From an uncultured delta proteobacterium (GTDB lineage Bacteria > Myxococcota_A > Polyangia > Polyangiales > Polyangiaceae): 64,000 nucleotides of DNA. The stretch lies in the NCBI GenBank assembly GCA_963806225.1, contig CAWDXG010000004.1, positions 4,000,001 through 4,064,000 of the forward strand, read 5' to 3'. Positions within the stretch are counted from its first letter, which is position 1. Each line of letters opens with the position of its first letter. Positions 20,697 to 31,707 of the stretch are shown piece by piece. A program made the translations under genes and the position numbers. The notes under the pieces were generated by a model. It was not told the origin of the DNA. It saw nothing but the letters and a program-made list of their open reading frames with translations, and searched no databases.

Positions 20697-21734
20697 ATGC
20701 GCCGCGCCGCCCTGGTCCTGCTTCTGTTCGCGTTCGGCTGCGGCTCGAGCTCGCAGTCGCCGGGTGGCACATCGTCGGGCGGCACTTCGTCGGGCGGTAC
20801 GGGCGGCACTTCGTCGGGCGGCACGGGCGGCACTTCGTCGGGCGGCACGGGCGGCACTTCGTCGGGCGGAAGCGGCGGAGTCGACGCGGGGGGCGGAAGC
20901 GGCGGAGTCGCTACGGGGGGCGGTGCGGGCGACGCGGGCGTCGACGCGCCGGCTCCAGTCGACGCCGGGCCGTCGCGCTGCACCGAAACGTCCTCCCAGG
21001 TCACGTGCGCCGAGCAGCAGCTCGTGCTGGACATGGGGCAGAACGGCGGCAAGCGCACGATCCACTACAACGTGCCGCTCGGCAGTGCGCCCGCCGCAGG
21101 CTGGCCCGTCGTGATCATGTTCCAGGGCGCCTACTACTCCGCGGCGCACACCTTCACCGGCAACAAGGGCGACCCGTGGGGCGGCTACTACCAGACGCTC
21201 GTGGTCAAGCGCCTGCTCGACGGGGGCCTTGCCGTGCTGGCGCCGGAGGCGAACCAGAACGGGAACGGCTACTGGGACACGAACATCTCGCCGTACGACC
21301 AGAACTGGAAGAGCGCGCCGGACAACGCCTACATGCTCGCCATCTTCCAGGCGATCACGGGCGGCAAGTTCGGGCCGCTCGACGACAAGGAGATGTACGC
21401 CGCTGGCCTGTCGAGCGGCGGCTACATGACCAGTCGCATGGCCGTCAGCTACGCGGGGCGCTTCCGCGCGCTGGCCATCGAATCGGCGTCGTACGCGACG
21501 TGTCTGGCGTCGCAGTGCACGGTGCCCGCTCCGCTGCCTTCCGATCATCCGCCAACCCTGTTCCTGCACGGCGGCGCCGACCAGATCGTGCCCATCTCGA
21601 CCATGAAGCTCTACAAGGCCCAGCTGGACAAGCAGGGCATCGCAACGAAAGCCGTGATCGACAACCCGGCGGGCCACGGTTGGATCGCCGCCGCGCCGGA
21701 CGAGGTGCCCGCCTGGTTTTCCGGGCATCCTTGA
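20697..21734 (+). CDS. phaZ: Extracellular mcl-PHA depolymerase-like esterase, lipoprotein
   Basis: GLSSGGYMTSRMAVSY..FRALAIESASYATC..LPSDHPPTLFLHG..D..GHGW, which recalls P. fluorescens GK13 PhaZ; lipobox AFGC. Confidence 0.8.
   Translation: MRRAALVLLLFAFGCGSSSQSPGGTSSGGTSSGGTGGTSSGGTGGTSSGGTGGTSSGGSGGVDAGGGSGGVATGGGAGDAGVDAPAPVDAGPSRCTETSSQVTCAEQQLVLDMGQNGGKRTIHYNVPLGSAPAAGWPVVIMFQGAYYSAAHTFTGNKGDPWGGYYQTLVVKRLLDGGLAVLAPEANQNGNGYWDTNISPYDQNWKSAPDNAYMLAIFQAITGGKFGPLDDKEMYAAGLSSGGYMTSRMAVSYAGRFRALAIESASYATCLASQCTVPAPLPSDHPPTLFLHGGADQIVPISTMKLYKAQLDKQGIATKAVIDNPAGHGWIAAAPDEVPAWFSGHP
20763..20870 (+). repeat. Coding tandem repeat (24-bp unit encoding GGTSSGGT)
   Basis: ggcggcacttcgtcgggcggcacg repeated in the phaZ linker. 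Confidence 0.85.
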
Positions 21735-21796
21735 CGGCGGATCACCGCCCCGCGCTGCGCATTTTGCGCCGCGCGGACGCATGATAGCTTCGCGCC

Positions 21797-22765
21797 GTGC
21801 CCGTCGATCCCAACATCATCCGCGCCGCGCTCGCCCATCCGCTCGAAGGCACCGACTTTCCCTCGCTGGGCAAGCGCTACGTCGGCAAGGTCCGCGACAA
21901 CTACACGACGCCCGATGGGCGTCGCTACATCGTGGTCACCGATCGCATCAGCGCGTTCGATCGCGTGCTCGGAACGCTGCCACTCAAGGGGCAGCTGCTC
22001 AATCACGTGGCGGCGTGGTGGTTCGAGCACACGAAAGGCATCGCGCCGAACCATCTTCTGGAGGTGCCGGACCCGAACGTGATGCTCGTCCGCGAGTGTA
22101 CGCCGCTGCCTGTGGAGATGGTCGTGCGCGCGTATCTCACGGGCACCACGTCCACGAGCATCTGGGTGCACTACGAGCGCGGCGAGCGCGAGTTCTGCGG
22201 CCACAAGCTGCCCGACGGCCTGAAAAAGCACCAGAAGCTGCCCGCGCCGATCCTCACGCCCAGCACCAAGGCGGCCAAGGGCGGCCACGACGTGTCCGCA
22301 TCGCGCGAGCAGATCCTGGCGCTCACGCATATGCCCGAGAAGGACTTCGATCGCGCCGCGGAGCTGGCGATGGCGCTGTTCGCTGAAGGGCAGCGCGTGT
22401 GCGCCGCGCGCGGCCTGATCCTGGTCGACACCAAGTACGAGCTCGGCAAGACGCCGGACGGAGAAGTCGTGCTCATCGACGAGATCCACACGCCCGACTC
22501 GTCGCGCTTCTGGTACGCGGCAAGCTACGAGAAGCGCTTCAGCGCCGGCGAAGACCCGGAGAGCTTCGACAAGGAGTACGTGCGGCGCTTCCTCGCCGCC
22601 GAGGGCTTCCGCGGCGACGGCCCCATCCCGCACATCCCCGACGACGTGCGCGTCGAGGCGACGCGCCGCTACATCGAGGCGGTGGAGCAGATCACCGGCG
22701 CGCCGTTCGAGCCCAACCTGGACGAGCCGATCGCGCGGATCGGGAAGAACCTCGGTGTCGCGTAG
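21797..22765 (+). CDS. purC: SAICAR synthase
   Basis: [41 protein letters not shown]. Confidence 0.97.
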   Translation: MPVDPNIIRAALAHPLEGTDFPSLGKRYVGKVRDNYTTPDGRRYIVVTDRISAFDRVLGTLPLKGQLLNHVAAWWFEHTKGIAPNHLLEVPDPNVMLVRECTPLPVEMVVRAYLTGTTSTSIWVHYERGEREFCGHKLPDGLKKHQKLPAPILTPSTKAAKGGHDVSASREQILALTHMPEKDFDRAAELAMALFAEGQRVCAARGLILVDTKYELGKTPDGEVVLIDEIHTPDSSRFWYAASYEKRFSAGEDPESFDKEYVRRFLAAEGFRGDGPIPHIPDDVRVEATRRYIEAVEQITGAPFEPNLDEPIARIGKNLGVA

Positions 22766-23968
22766 CTAGTGCACGATCGTCAGGCAGCCGACGACGACGT
22801 CGGTCTCGCCCTTCGTGTTCGAGATCAGATCGCAGGCCGCCGGGCACAGGACGATGTGAGTCGGATTGTTCGGGTCGTCATAGTACCACTTCTTGTCACC
22901 CTTGCAGCCGTCCTGCTTGCCGTCCTGGGTCTGGGGGAAGTACTGCTGCTGGCCGCCGGCGGGCGTGAAGGCCACGTTGACCCTGCCGTAGTCGGGCGTG
23001 CCGCTTGTGGGCTGCGGGATCTTCAGCACGCAGCCGACCGAGCCGCGGATCTGGTTGAGCGCGTCGAGGAACTGCTGGCCGGCGTTGCTGCCGTTGACGA
23101 TGACCGCCTGCGTGGTGCCGCCCTTCTGGGCGATGAGGTTCAGGTCCGGTACGGCGCTGCCGACGCCGATCACGAACGTCTTGATCGAGGGCTTGTTCGT
23201 GTAGCCCTGCTCGGCGCGCGCGGCGACCGTGGCGACGCTGTTCGGGTTGCAGTTGTTCGGCTCGCCGTCGGTCGCGAGTACGACGATGGTGATGTCGTCG
23301 GGGTGATTCTTGGCCCACGATTGCGCGTACTCGATCGCGCCGTGCTCCGCAGCATCGGTCGGCGTGGAGGCGCCGTCCGGGCTCTGTCCACCGATAGCCG
23401 AGGTGATCGCACCGGCCACGCCCGGAAGCGGCGCGATGCCCACAACGGGCTTGGCGTAGTCCGTGTCGACGCAAGAGTCGTTCGGCGACAGCCCGCCGGT
23501 ACAGGTGTTGAAGCCCGGTACGCACGGTCCGTACACACCGCATTGCGGATCGGTGGTGCAGGCCGCGGGCGGCGGAACGGCGGGTTTGGTCGGGAAGAAG
23601 CCGATGCCCATGCCGAGGCCGCTGATCCCGGGCAGGCTCACGAAGTTGTTGAGCGCGCCGGTCACCGCCGACCACTTGCTGGGCGTGTCGTCTTTCATCG
23701 ATCCGGAACGATCGAGCATCACGAACATGTCGAGCGGCAGGAGCTCCCCGGTGTACTTGTCCTTGGCGCAGCCCTGCGGAAGACCGCCGCTACCCCCGCC
23801 CGGATTGAAACCGCCCGCGCCCGCTCCGGCGCCGCTGCCGCCCGCGCCGGTAGCGCCGCTGCCGCCGCTACCGACCTGACTCCTCGTCCCGGTCGCGCTG
23901 CTGCACGCCGAAGCGCACACGAAAAGCAGAGAAGCTAGAGTCCCAAGCACACCCAGGCTGCGTCGCAT
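22766..23968 (-). CDS. vWA domain lipoprotein
   Basis: Lipobox ASAC; MLDRSGSM, TP, LATDGEP, TFVIGVG. Confidence 0.85.
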   Translation of the reverse strand: MRRSLGVLGTLASLLFVCASACSSATGTRSQVGSGGSGATGAGGSGAGAGAGGFNPGGGSGGLPQGCAKDKYTGELLPLDMFVMLDRSGSMKDDTPSKWSAVTGALNNFVSLPGISGLGMGIGFFPTKPAVPPPAACTTDPQCGVYGPCVPGFNTCTGGLSPNDSCVDTDYAKPVVGIAPLPGVAGAITSAIGGQSPDGASTPTDAAEHGAIEYAQSWAKNHPDDITIVVLATDGEPNNCNPNSVATVAARAEQGYTNKPSIKTFVIGVGSAVPDLNLIAQKGGTTQAVIVNGSNAGQQFLDALNQIRGSVGCVLKIPQPTSGTPDYGRVNVAFTPAGGQQQYFPQTQDGKQDGCKGDKKWYYDDPNNPTHIVLCPAACDLISNTKGETDVVVGCLTIVH

Positions 23969-24236
23969 CGATAGTCCCTCGCGCTCCCGCCAGACGGCGG
24001 GAATTGCCGACAAGCGTTTTCCGCATACCACAAAACCAGCTTCCGGACACCCGGTCGGAAGACGCAAGCGCTGGTTTTCATGGACGGATCGGAATTTTCG
24101 ATTCGGGGCACACGACGCGGCGCGGCATCGGTCAACGCCCACATGACGGTTGTCCAGTGCGGCACGCCGCAGGGGTGGTCGAGACGGGGCAACAGCGGTA
24201 TTCGAGTCGTCCCACTCGACCCGAGGAGGCAGAGAG

Positions 24237-25423
<1,187 letters not shown>

Positions 25424-25468
25424 CGCAAAGCCGGCATGGGCGGAGCCCGGCGCTCCGCCCGCCGCCAA

Positions 25469-26011
25469 CTACTCCGAAAGCTCGCGGGCAAGCTGGCCGA
25501 GGTAGTCGGCGTAGCCCTCGATGTCGTGGATGCGCCGGAAGCGGACGAGCGCCTTGTCCAGGGCTTCTGTCGCGTCGCCCGCCAGCTCGCGCTTCGCCTC
25601 GGGGTAGAGTAGCTCGTCTTCCTTCTTCATGTGCGCGCGCTCGAATTCGACGAGCTCGCGACCGGTCGCGAGCAGCTCGCCGATCCGCTCGTCGCTCCAG
25701 GCGTGCTTGTCAGTCGCCGCGCGCTTCAGCCGCGCGAACAGCGCACGCTCGTGGCTGTGTTGCTCGCGGATGTGCGCCAGCGGCCCCATGTTCTTCGCGT
25801 AGCCGTGGCGTTCCAGCGCCGGGAACAGCACGGCCTCTTCCTTGGCGTGGTGGATGCCGTCGGCGTAGTCCGAGAAGAATGTCACGAACCGGAACAGGTC
25901 GTGCCGGTCGACGTCGTGTTTCGCCTCGACCGAGTCGAGGTACGCCATGAACGCGTCCATGACCCGCGTGATGGTGTGGTGTTCGTCTGCCAGATCCCCG
26001 AAGATGTCCAT
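25469..26011 (-). CDS. Hemerythrin domain protein
   Basis: EHHTI, HHAKEEAVLFP, EQH, HMKKEDELLYP. Confidence 0.9.
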   Translation of the reverse strand: MDIFGDLADEHHTITRVMDAFMAYLDSVEAKHDVDRHDLFRFVTFFSDYADGIHHAKEEAVLFPALERHGYAKNMGPLAHIREQHSHERALFARLKRAATDKHAWSDERIGELLATGRELVEFERAHMKKEDELLYPEAKRELAGDATEALDKALVRFRRIHDIEGYADYLGQLARELSE

Positions 26012-26037
26012 TGCCCGGCAGGATAGCGCGTCCCGCA

Positions 26038-26388
26038 CTACTTCCGCAGCAAGCGATCGCCGCTCGCGTAGACGAGCGCGTGGTAGGCGACCGAGAGGGC
26101 GGCCAGCAGAGCACCCAGCAGGCGCGCGCCCGCGGCGTACAAGGCCAGCGCCGCCAGGCCGGAGACGACCAGCTCCTGCACGAGACGCAGCGGCTCGGCA
26201 GACCTCCCGGCAAACCGGAAGTCGACCGCCCCCCAGAAGCCGAAACCCAGCAGCGGCGCGCCCACGGCCAACAGCAGCTTCATGCCGGCGCCGTCTCCGG
26301 TGCGGTAGCCCCAGTACGCAAGCCCCACCACGACACCGAGCTCCATGAGAGCCCTCAGGGCGAGGTTCACCGACTGCGTCCGCGTCAT
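26038..26388 (-). CDS. YrdB/DUF2568 family membrane protein
   Basis: NLALRALMELG..AYWG..LAVGAPL..WG pattern. Confidence 0.8.
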   Translation of the reverse strand: MTRTQSVNLALRALMELGVVVGLAYWGYRTGDGAGMKLLLAVGAPLLGFGFWGAVDFRFAGRSAEPLRLVQELVVSGLAALALYAAGARLLGALLAALSVAYHALVYASGDRLLRK

Positions 26389-26420
26389 CGAGCCGACGGA
26401 CCTACCACAGAGCGCGACGC

Positions 26421-26720
26421 TCACTCGCCCGCGTCGAGAGAGGGGCACACACAGCCGTCGCCGACCAGTTTGCCGTTCTCGCAGCGGACGTCGCAGGGAC
26501 ACATGCAGTCCATGCAGGCAAGCTGCAGGTCCTCGGACGTGCAGCCGTGGCCATCAACGCCGCCGCTGGCGTCCGCACCCGCCTCGGCGTTGGCTGCGCC
26601 CCCTGATCCGTCCACCGCGGCATCGGCATGCCCGGCCCCGCCCGCGTCCGTCCCGACCGGGCCGACGCTCGAACTGCAGCCCAGAGCCAACAATCCCAGC
26701 AAGCAGAACCGACGAAGCAC
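26421..26720 (-). CDS. Small Cys-rich lipoprotein
   Basis: GTG start, LLGLLALGC lipobox, Cys-rich C-terminus. Confidence 0.55.
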   Translation of the reverse strand: MLRRFCLLGLLALGCSSSVGPVGTDAGGAGHADAAVDGSGGAANAEAGADASGGVDGHGCTSEDLQLACMDCMCPCDVRCENGKLVGDGCVCPSLDAGE

Positions 26721-26831
26721 GATCGAAGTATCACACGCGTCTGCCAGCCCAACAACTCCGCTGCGCGTCGCAGCGGCGGCCGGGCGTCGCAGCAATGCGG
26801 GGGATTGCGGGGATTTTGTGCGGGCGCACCG

Positions 26832-28558
26832 TCAGTAGCGCAGACTCATCGGCTCGCCCCCGATAGTCCGCACCGGCACGTACGCCGGCTCCCACACGAT
26901 GTTCCGGACAACGTCTTCCACCTCGTCGGGGCGGAAACGCCGGCCGAGGTTGTTCTCGCTCGCGTAGCGCACGACGGCGCAGGCGATCGCGAAGCTGACG
27001 CGGCGCAGCTCGCTCTGGTCCGGGTAGATAGCGCCGAGCGCGAGCCGCTCGGGGCCGACCATTCCGGCGACCGTTGCCGAGGCGATGTGGAACATCTCCG
27101 TCGTGATCTCGCGCGCCTCGGCGATGGCGGCGCCGAGCCCCACGCCAGGGAAGATGAACACGTTGTTCGCCTGGCCGATCACGTGACGCCGGCCGCCGAA
27201 CTCCACATCGTCGAAGGGGCTGCCGGTCGCGACGATGGCGCGCCCTTCGCTCCAGCTGATCGCCTGCTCGGCCGTGCACTCCGCCTTGCTCGTGGGGTTG
27301 CTGAGCGGCAGCACGATGGGCCGTGCGGCGTGCTTCGCCATGGCCTCGATCATCTCGCGGGTGAACGTATCGGCGCGCGCGGTGGCGCCGACCAGCACGG
27401 TCGGCTTCACGGCGTTGATCACGTCCACCGGCGTCGCGTCCGGCTCGATACCGTACTCGGCCATCACCTCGCGCGGCAGCGCCAGCTCGCGCTTGTGCGG
27501 CGCCTTGAATTCGCGACCTTCGTGCAGGAGCCCGCGGCTGTCGAACGCGATCAGAGCGCGGCGGATGGCGGCGTCGTCGGCTCCGTCGGCGCGCATCGCC
27601 AGCGCGCACAGCCGCGCGATGCCCGTGCACGCCGCGCCCGCGCCGATGAACAGCACGCGCTGGTCGGCCATGCGCTGCTCCGTCACGCGGAGCGCCGCCA
27701 GGATCCCCGCCACGGTGACGCTCGCCGTGCCCTGGATGTCGTCGTTGAACGAGGTCAGACGCTGCCGATAGCGCTCGAGCAGCACGAAGGCGCGATCCTT
27801 GTGGAAGTCCTCCCACTGCAGGATAGCGCGCGGGTATACCTCGCGCACGCGCGCGCACGAAGGCTTCGATGAACTCGTCGTACTCGCGCCCGCGCAGGCG
27901 CTTCTTCGGATAGCCAAGGTAGAGCGGATCGGCGAGCAGCTCCGGGTTGTCGGTGCCAACGTCGAGGCTGATGGGCAGGCACTTCGAGGGATGAATGCCG
28001 GCGCCCGCGACGTACAGCGCCAGCTTGCCGATCGGGATGCCCATGCCGCCGCAACCCTGGTCGCCGAGCCCGAGGATGCGCTCGTTGTCGGTCGCCACGA
28101 TCAGCCGGATGTCGTGGTACGGCGAGTTCCTGAGCACGCTTTGGATGTCGTCCACGTCGTCCGGCGTGATCCAGAGCCCGCGCGCAGTGCGGTAGATGTG
28201 GCTGAACTTCTGGCATGCCTCGCCGACCGTTGGCGTGTACACGATGGGCATCAGCTCGGCGACGTGGTCGACCAGCACGCGGTAGAACAGCACCTCGTTG
28301 CGGTCGTGCAGGGCGGCCAGGCCGATGTACTTCTCGAGCGCCGTGCCCTTCGCGCGGGTCTGCCCGATAGCGGCCGTGGCCTGCTCCTCGAGCGAGGTCA
28401 CGCGGTACGGCATCATGCCGCGCACGCGCAACTGGTCGCGCTGCGCGCGGTCGAACGCCGTGCCCTGGTTGGTGGACGGATTTGTAGAGCAGCCACACCC
28501 CCGCCTTGCGGGTCTCGATCAGCTTGGCGCCGCGCAGGTCTTCCAGCGAGTCGGACAT
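26832..28558 (-). CDS. maeA: NAD-dependent malic enzyme; +1 frameshifts near 28482 and 27855, probably sequencing errors
   Basis: [52 protein letters not shown]. Confidence 0.92.
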
Positions 28559-28622
28559 GACCGCAAGGTACGGCCGCAAGCCTGCCGCTCCAAGCGGCCC
28601 GGTTGCGGAGAGATGACGCCGC

Positions 28623-28734
28623 TCAGCCGGCGAGCTCGCGGCGCACGATTTCCGCGCCGCGCACCATCGATGCGGTCGACGAGCCAGTCGGGCTGGACGT
28701 AGCTGCCGACAACGGTGGTGGGAAGCAATGCCAT
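28623..28734 (-). pseudogene. Relic of a cobalamin-independent methionine synthase II-like gene (N- and C-termini fused)
   Basis: MALLPTTVVGSYVQPDWLVDR joined out of frame to ASMVRGAEIVRRELAG-stop. Confidence 0.7.
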
Positions 28735-28768
28735 GGCTTCGGGCGGTACCACGGCTACACTAGCGCAC

Positions 28769-29611
28769 GTGTTGCGCCCGAATTCCATAGCACCCGGCGT
28801 CGAGGGCTTTGCCGCCCGCACGCCTACCCTGCCGCCGGCGACGCACACGAACAGCTACGCGCTCGGTGCGCGGGAGCTGTTGCTGGTGGAGCCCGCCACG
28901 CCGTACGCAGAAGAGCAGCGCGCGTGGCTCGACTGGGCGCGCTCGCTGGTGTCGCAGGGGCGGCAGCTCCGCGCGGTCTTCGTGACGCACCACCACGTGG
29001 ATCACGTGGGCGGCGCGGCGGCGCTGTCCAGCGAGCTGGGCGTGCCGCTGTGGGGCCACGAGCTCACCGCCGAGCGGCTGCCGAAGCTCCGGTTCGAGCG
29101 GCGGCTGGGGGACGGCGACGTGATCACGCTGGAAGGCCAGGAGCCGCAGCGCTGGGAGGTGCTGCACACGCCGGGCCACGCGCCGGGGCACCTGTGCCTG
29201 CTGGAGCGACAGAGCGGCCATCTCGTCGTCGGCGACATGGTCGCCAGCGAGGGCACCATCCTGATCGAGCCGAACGATGGCGACATGGCGGTCTACCTCG
29301 CCCAGCTCGAACGGCTCGCCGCGCTCGGGGCCAAGCGAGCCCTGCCCGCCCATGGCGCGCCGATCGAGGACCCAACGGCCCTGTTCCGCTACTACGTCGC
29401 GCATCGGCTGGAGCGCGAGAGCAAGGTGCTGGAAGCGCTGCGCACAGCGGGCAGCGGAGGTGCTAGACCGGAAGACCTCGTGCCGATCGCCTACAGCGAC
29501 ACTCCGAAGCAGGCCTGGCCGCTCGCTGTCCTCAGCCTCGCCGCCCATCTGGGCAAGCTGGTTCACGACGGGGCAGCGCGCTCCGACGGGAAAAGGTACT
29601 TTTCCCCGTGA
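28769..29611 (+). CDS. MBL-fold metallo-hydrolase (LACTB2-like)
   Basis: THHHVDHVGG, HTPGHAPGH, GDMV, PAHG; winged-helix-like tail. Confidence 0.92.
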   Translation: MLRPNSIAPGVEGFAARTPTLPPATHTNSYALGARELLLVEPATPYAEEQRAWLDWARSLVSQGRQLRAVFVTHHHVDHVGGAAALSSELGVPLWGHELTAERLPKLRFERRLGDGDVITLEGQEPQRWEVLHTPGHAPGHLCLLERQSGHLVVGDMVASEGTILIEPNDGDMAVYLAQLERLAALGAKRALPAHGAPIEDPTALFRYYVAHRLERESKVLEALRTAGSGGARPEDLVPIAYSDTPKQAWPLAVLSLAAHLGKLVHDGAARSDGKRYFSP

Positions 29612-29832
29612 AAGGCGGCACCGACGCGGATTTCGAGCGGGGTTTCGTGGCCATGGGCTACGCGCTCGGCCAGCGCGGCGACGCGCTGCTGGAGCCGTTG
29701 GGCGAGCCGTCGCTGTCCGCAAGAGCGCTCGGCCAGGCGCTGGCGCATCCCGAGCGCGGCGCGCGCGCCCAGGTGCTCGCCGCCGAGCTCGCACGGCTCG
29801 TCCATGCGCTCGGGGAGCGGAGGATCCGGTGA
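29608..29832 (+). CDS. Small hypothetical protein coupled to the SctL/FliH-like gene
   Basis: GTGA overlaps with both neighbours; helical 74 aa. Confidence 0.6.
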   Translation: MKGGTDADFERGFVAMGYALGQRGDALLEPLGEPSLSARALGQALAHPERGARAQVLAAELARLVHALGERRIR

Positions 29833-30486
29833 CACTGTCGCGAGGTCGGGTGATCCCGGCGAGCGAGCTGGGCAACGCCGTTCCCGTCGCAGCCGGCCGC
29901 CGCGGGGGTCTGCCGCGCGGGCGCGTCGCCCCGCGCGAGGTCGTCGACGCGGCCGACCGGGCACGCGAGATCGTGGCGGCGGCCGAAGAGCAGGCCGCGA
30001 CGATCCTCGCCGAAGCCCAGCGCGAAGCAGCCCAGGTCCGGCTGCGCGCCGAGGAAGAGGGCCGCGCCGAGGCAGCCGCCGAGGTCGCCGCACGCGCTCT
30101 GGCGCTCGCCGATCACGAGGCACGCGCCGACGAGCGGCAGCTCGACCGCGCGGTCGAGCTGGCCCGGATCCTGGCCGAGCGGCTGCTCGGCGAGCAGCTC
30201 CAGCTCGATCCCGGCCGGGTTGTCGCCCTCGCTCGCGAGGCGCTGGCCGAGGCCCGCGGCTCACGCCGGGTCACGATCGTTGCCCATCCGGAAGATGTTC
30301 GCAGTGCTCGAGCGCTGCCTGGATGCGCTCGGGCTCGACCCAGCCACCAGCCGGATCCAGGCTGATACGACACGGGCACGCGGCAACCTACGTCTCGAGA
30401 CCGACATCGGCGTACTGGACGCCGAGCTCAGCCCCCAGCTCGAACGCCTGGCACTCAAGCTCCGGCAAACCCTCGACCGCGGCTAA
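29829..30486 (+). CDS. FliH/SctL (HrpE/YscL) family protein; +1 frameshift near 30298
   Basis: Ala/Glu helix with AEEEGRAEA, VTIVAHPED, and C-terminal RGNLRLETDIGVLDAELSPQL. Confidence 0.8.
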
Positions 30487-30507
30487 CGACTTTCCCCAAC
30501 CGAACAC

Positions 30508-31536
30508 ATGAGCTCCAGCGATTCCGACTACGGCCGCTTTCCCCCGCCGCCCGGGCCGCCGCCAGAGGCACTGGCCGCCACGGCCGTGCCCGGCGCGCTC
30601 AGCGAGCGCGAGGAGGAAGAGCGCGTCCGCTTCAAGTGGTGGAAGAACGCCGTCCTGTTCGTGCTGACCGTGGTCAGCGTCTTCTGGGTGGGCGCGACCA
30701 TGTGGGGGCTCGGCACGAGGGCGTGGGAGTTCGCGGTGCCGCTGCTCGCGATCCTGATCGCGCACGAGTCGGGCCACTACGTCGCCGCGCGCATCCACCG
30801 GGTGCCGGCCTCGCTGCCCTACTTCATCCCGCTGCCGATCCTCAATCCGTTCGGCACGCTGGGCGCGGTGATCCTGATGCCGGGGCGCATCCGCTCGCGC
30901 AACGCGCTGCTCGACATCGGCGCGGCCGGTCCGCTTGCTGGCATGATCGTCGCGGTGCCCGTGATGCTGTACGGGCTGTCGCTCTCGACGCTCGGCCCCG
31001 TCAGCACGCACAATTACATCCAGGAAGGCCAGTGCCTCCTGTACTGGGGGCTCAAGTACGCCGTATTCGGCCATATTCCGGCGGGACAGGACGTGTACCT
31101 GCACCCCACCGCACTCGCGGCGTGGGTCGGCTTCCTCGTCACATTCCTGAACATGCTGCCCTTCGGACAGCTCGACGGCGGACACGTCGCCTTCGCCCTG
31201 GCCGGCGATCGCCAGAACCGCCTCGCACGCTGGATGCTGTACGTGCCGCTGGCGCTGGTCGTCTACAACTTCGTCAAGTACGCCTGGCCCGCAATCGCCC
31301 GTGGCCTGGGCCACGGCTTCGGCACGCTCGGCATCGACGACTTTCTGCCGGGCATCAGCTCCGTGGTCAACTGGTTGGTGCTGTTCGGGCTGCTCTACTG
31401 GATGAAGCGCGCCTCCGGCTCGTCGCATCCGCCCGTCGACGACAACACCCTCTCGCCCTCGCGCCGCATCGTTGCCGCAGCAACGCTCGCACTCTTCGTA
31501 CTCCTGTTCATGCCGTCGCCCTGGGTGTCGTTCTAG
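30508..31536 (+). CDS. Site-2 protease (M50)
   Basis: HESGH, IGAAGPLAG, NMLPFGQLDGGH; multiple TM segments. Confidence 0.93.
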   Translation: MSSSDSDYGRFPPPPGPPPEALAATAVPGALSEREEEERVRFKWWKNAVLFVLTVVSVFWVGATMWGLGTRAWEFAVPLLAILIAHESGHYVAARIHRVPASLPYFIPLPILNPFGTLGAVILMPGRIRSRNALLDIGAAGPLAGMIVAVPVMLYGLSLSTLGPVSTHNYIQEGQCLLYWGLKYAVFGHIPAGQDVYLHPTALAAWVGFLVTFLNMLPFGQLDGGHVAFALAGDRQNRLARWMLYVPLALVVYNFVKYAWPAIARGLGHGFGTLGIDDFLPGISSVVNWLVLFGLLYWMKRASGSSHPPVDDNTLSPSRRIVAAATLALFVLLFMPSPWVSF

Positions 31537-31619
31537 CGATCTCCGCGGCAAATCCAACCTGCCGGGTCAGCCTGCTGTCCGACATGTCCAGTGGAATTAT
31601 CGCCTCCGAGCGGTGTTGC

Positions 31620-31649
31620 TTGAGCCTTCCATCACGACCCCCGTACACT
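31620..31649 (+). promoter_or_regulatory. Putative sigma70 promoter of the S1 protease gene
   Basis: TTGAGC-N18-TACACT; GGAGG SD before ATG 31708. Confidence 0.45.
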
Positions 31650-31707
31650 GCTGTTCGAGCGGCCGGGTTGCCGGCTGTCTCCAGCTTTTCTCCAATCGGA
31701 GGTCCAG

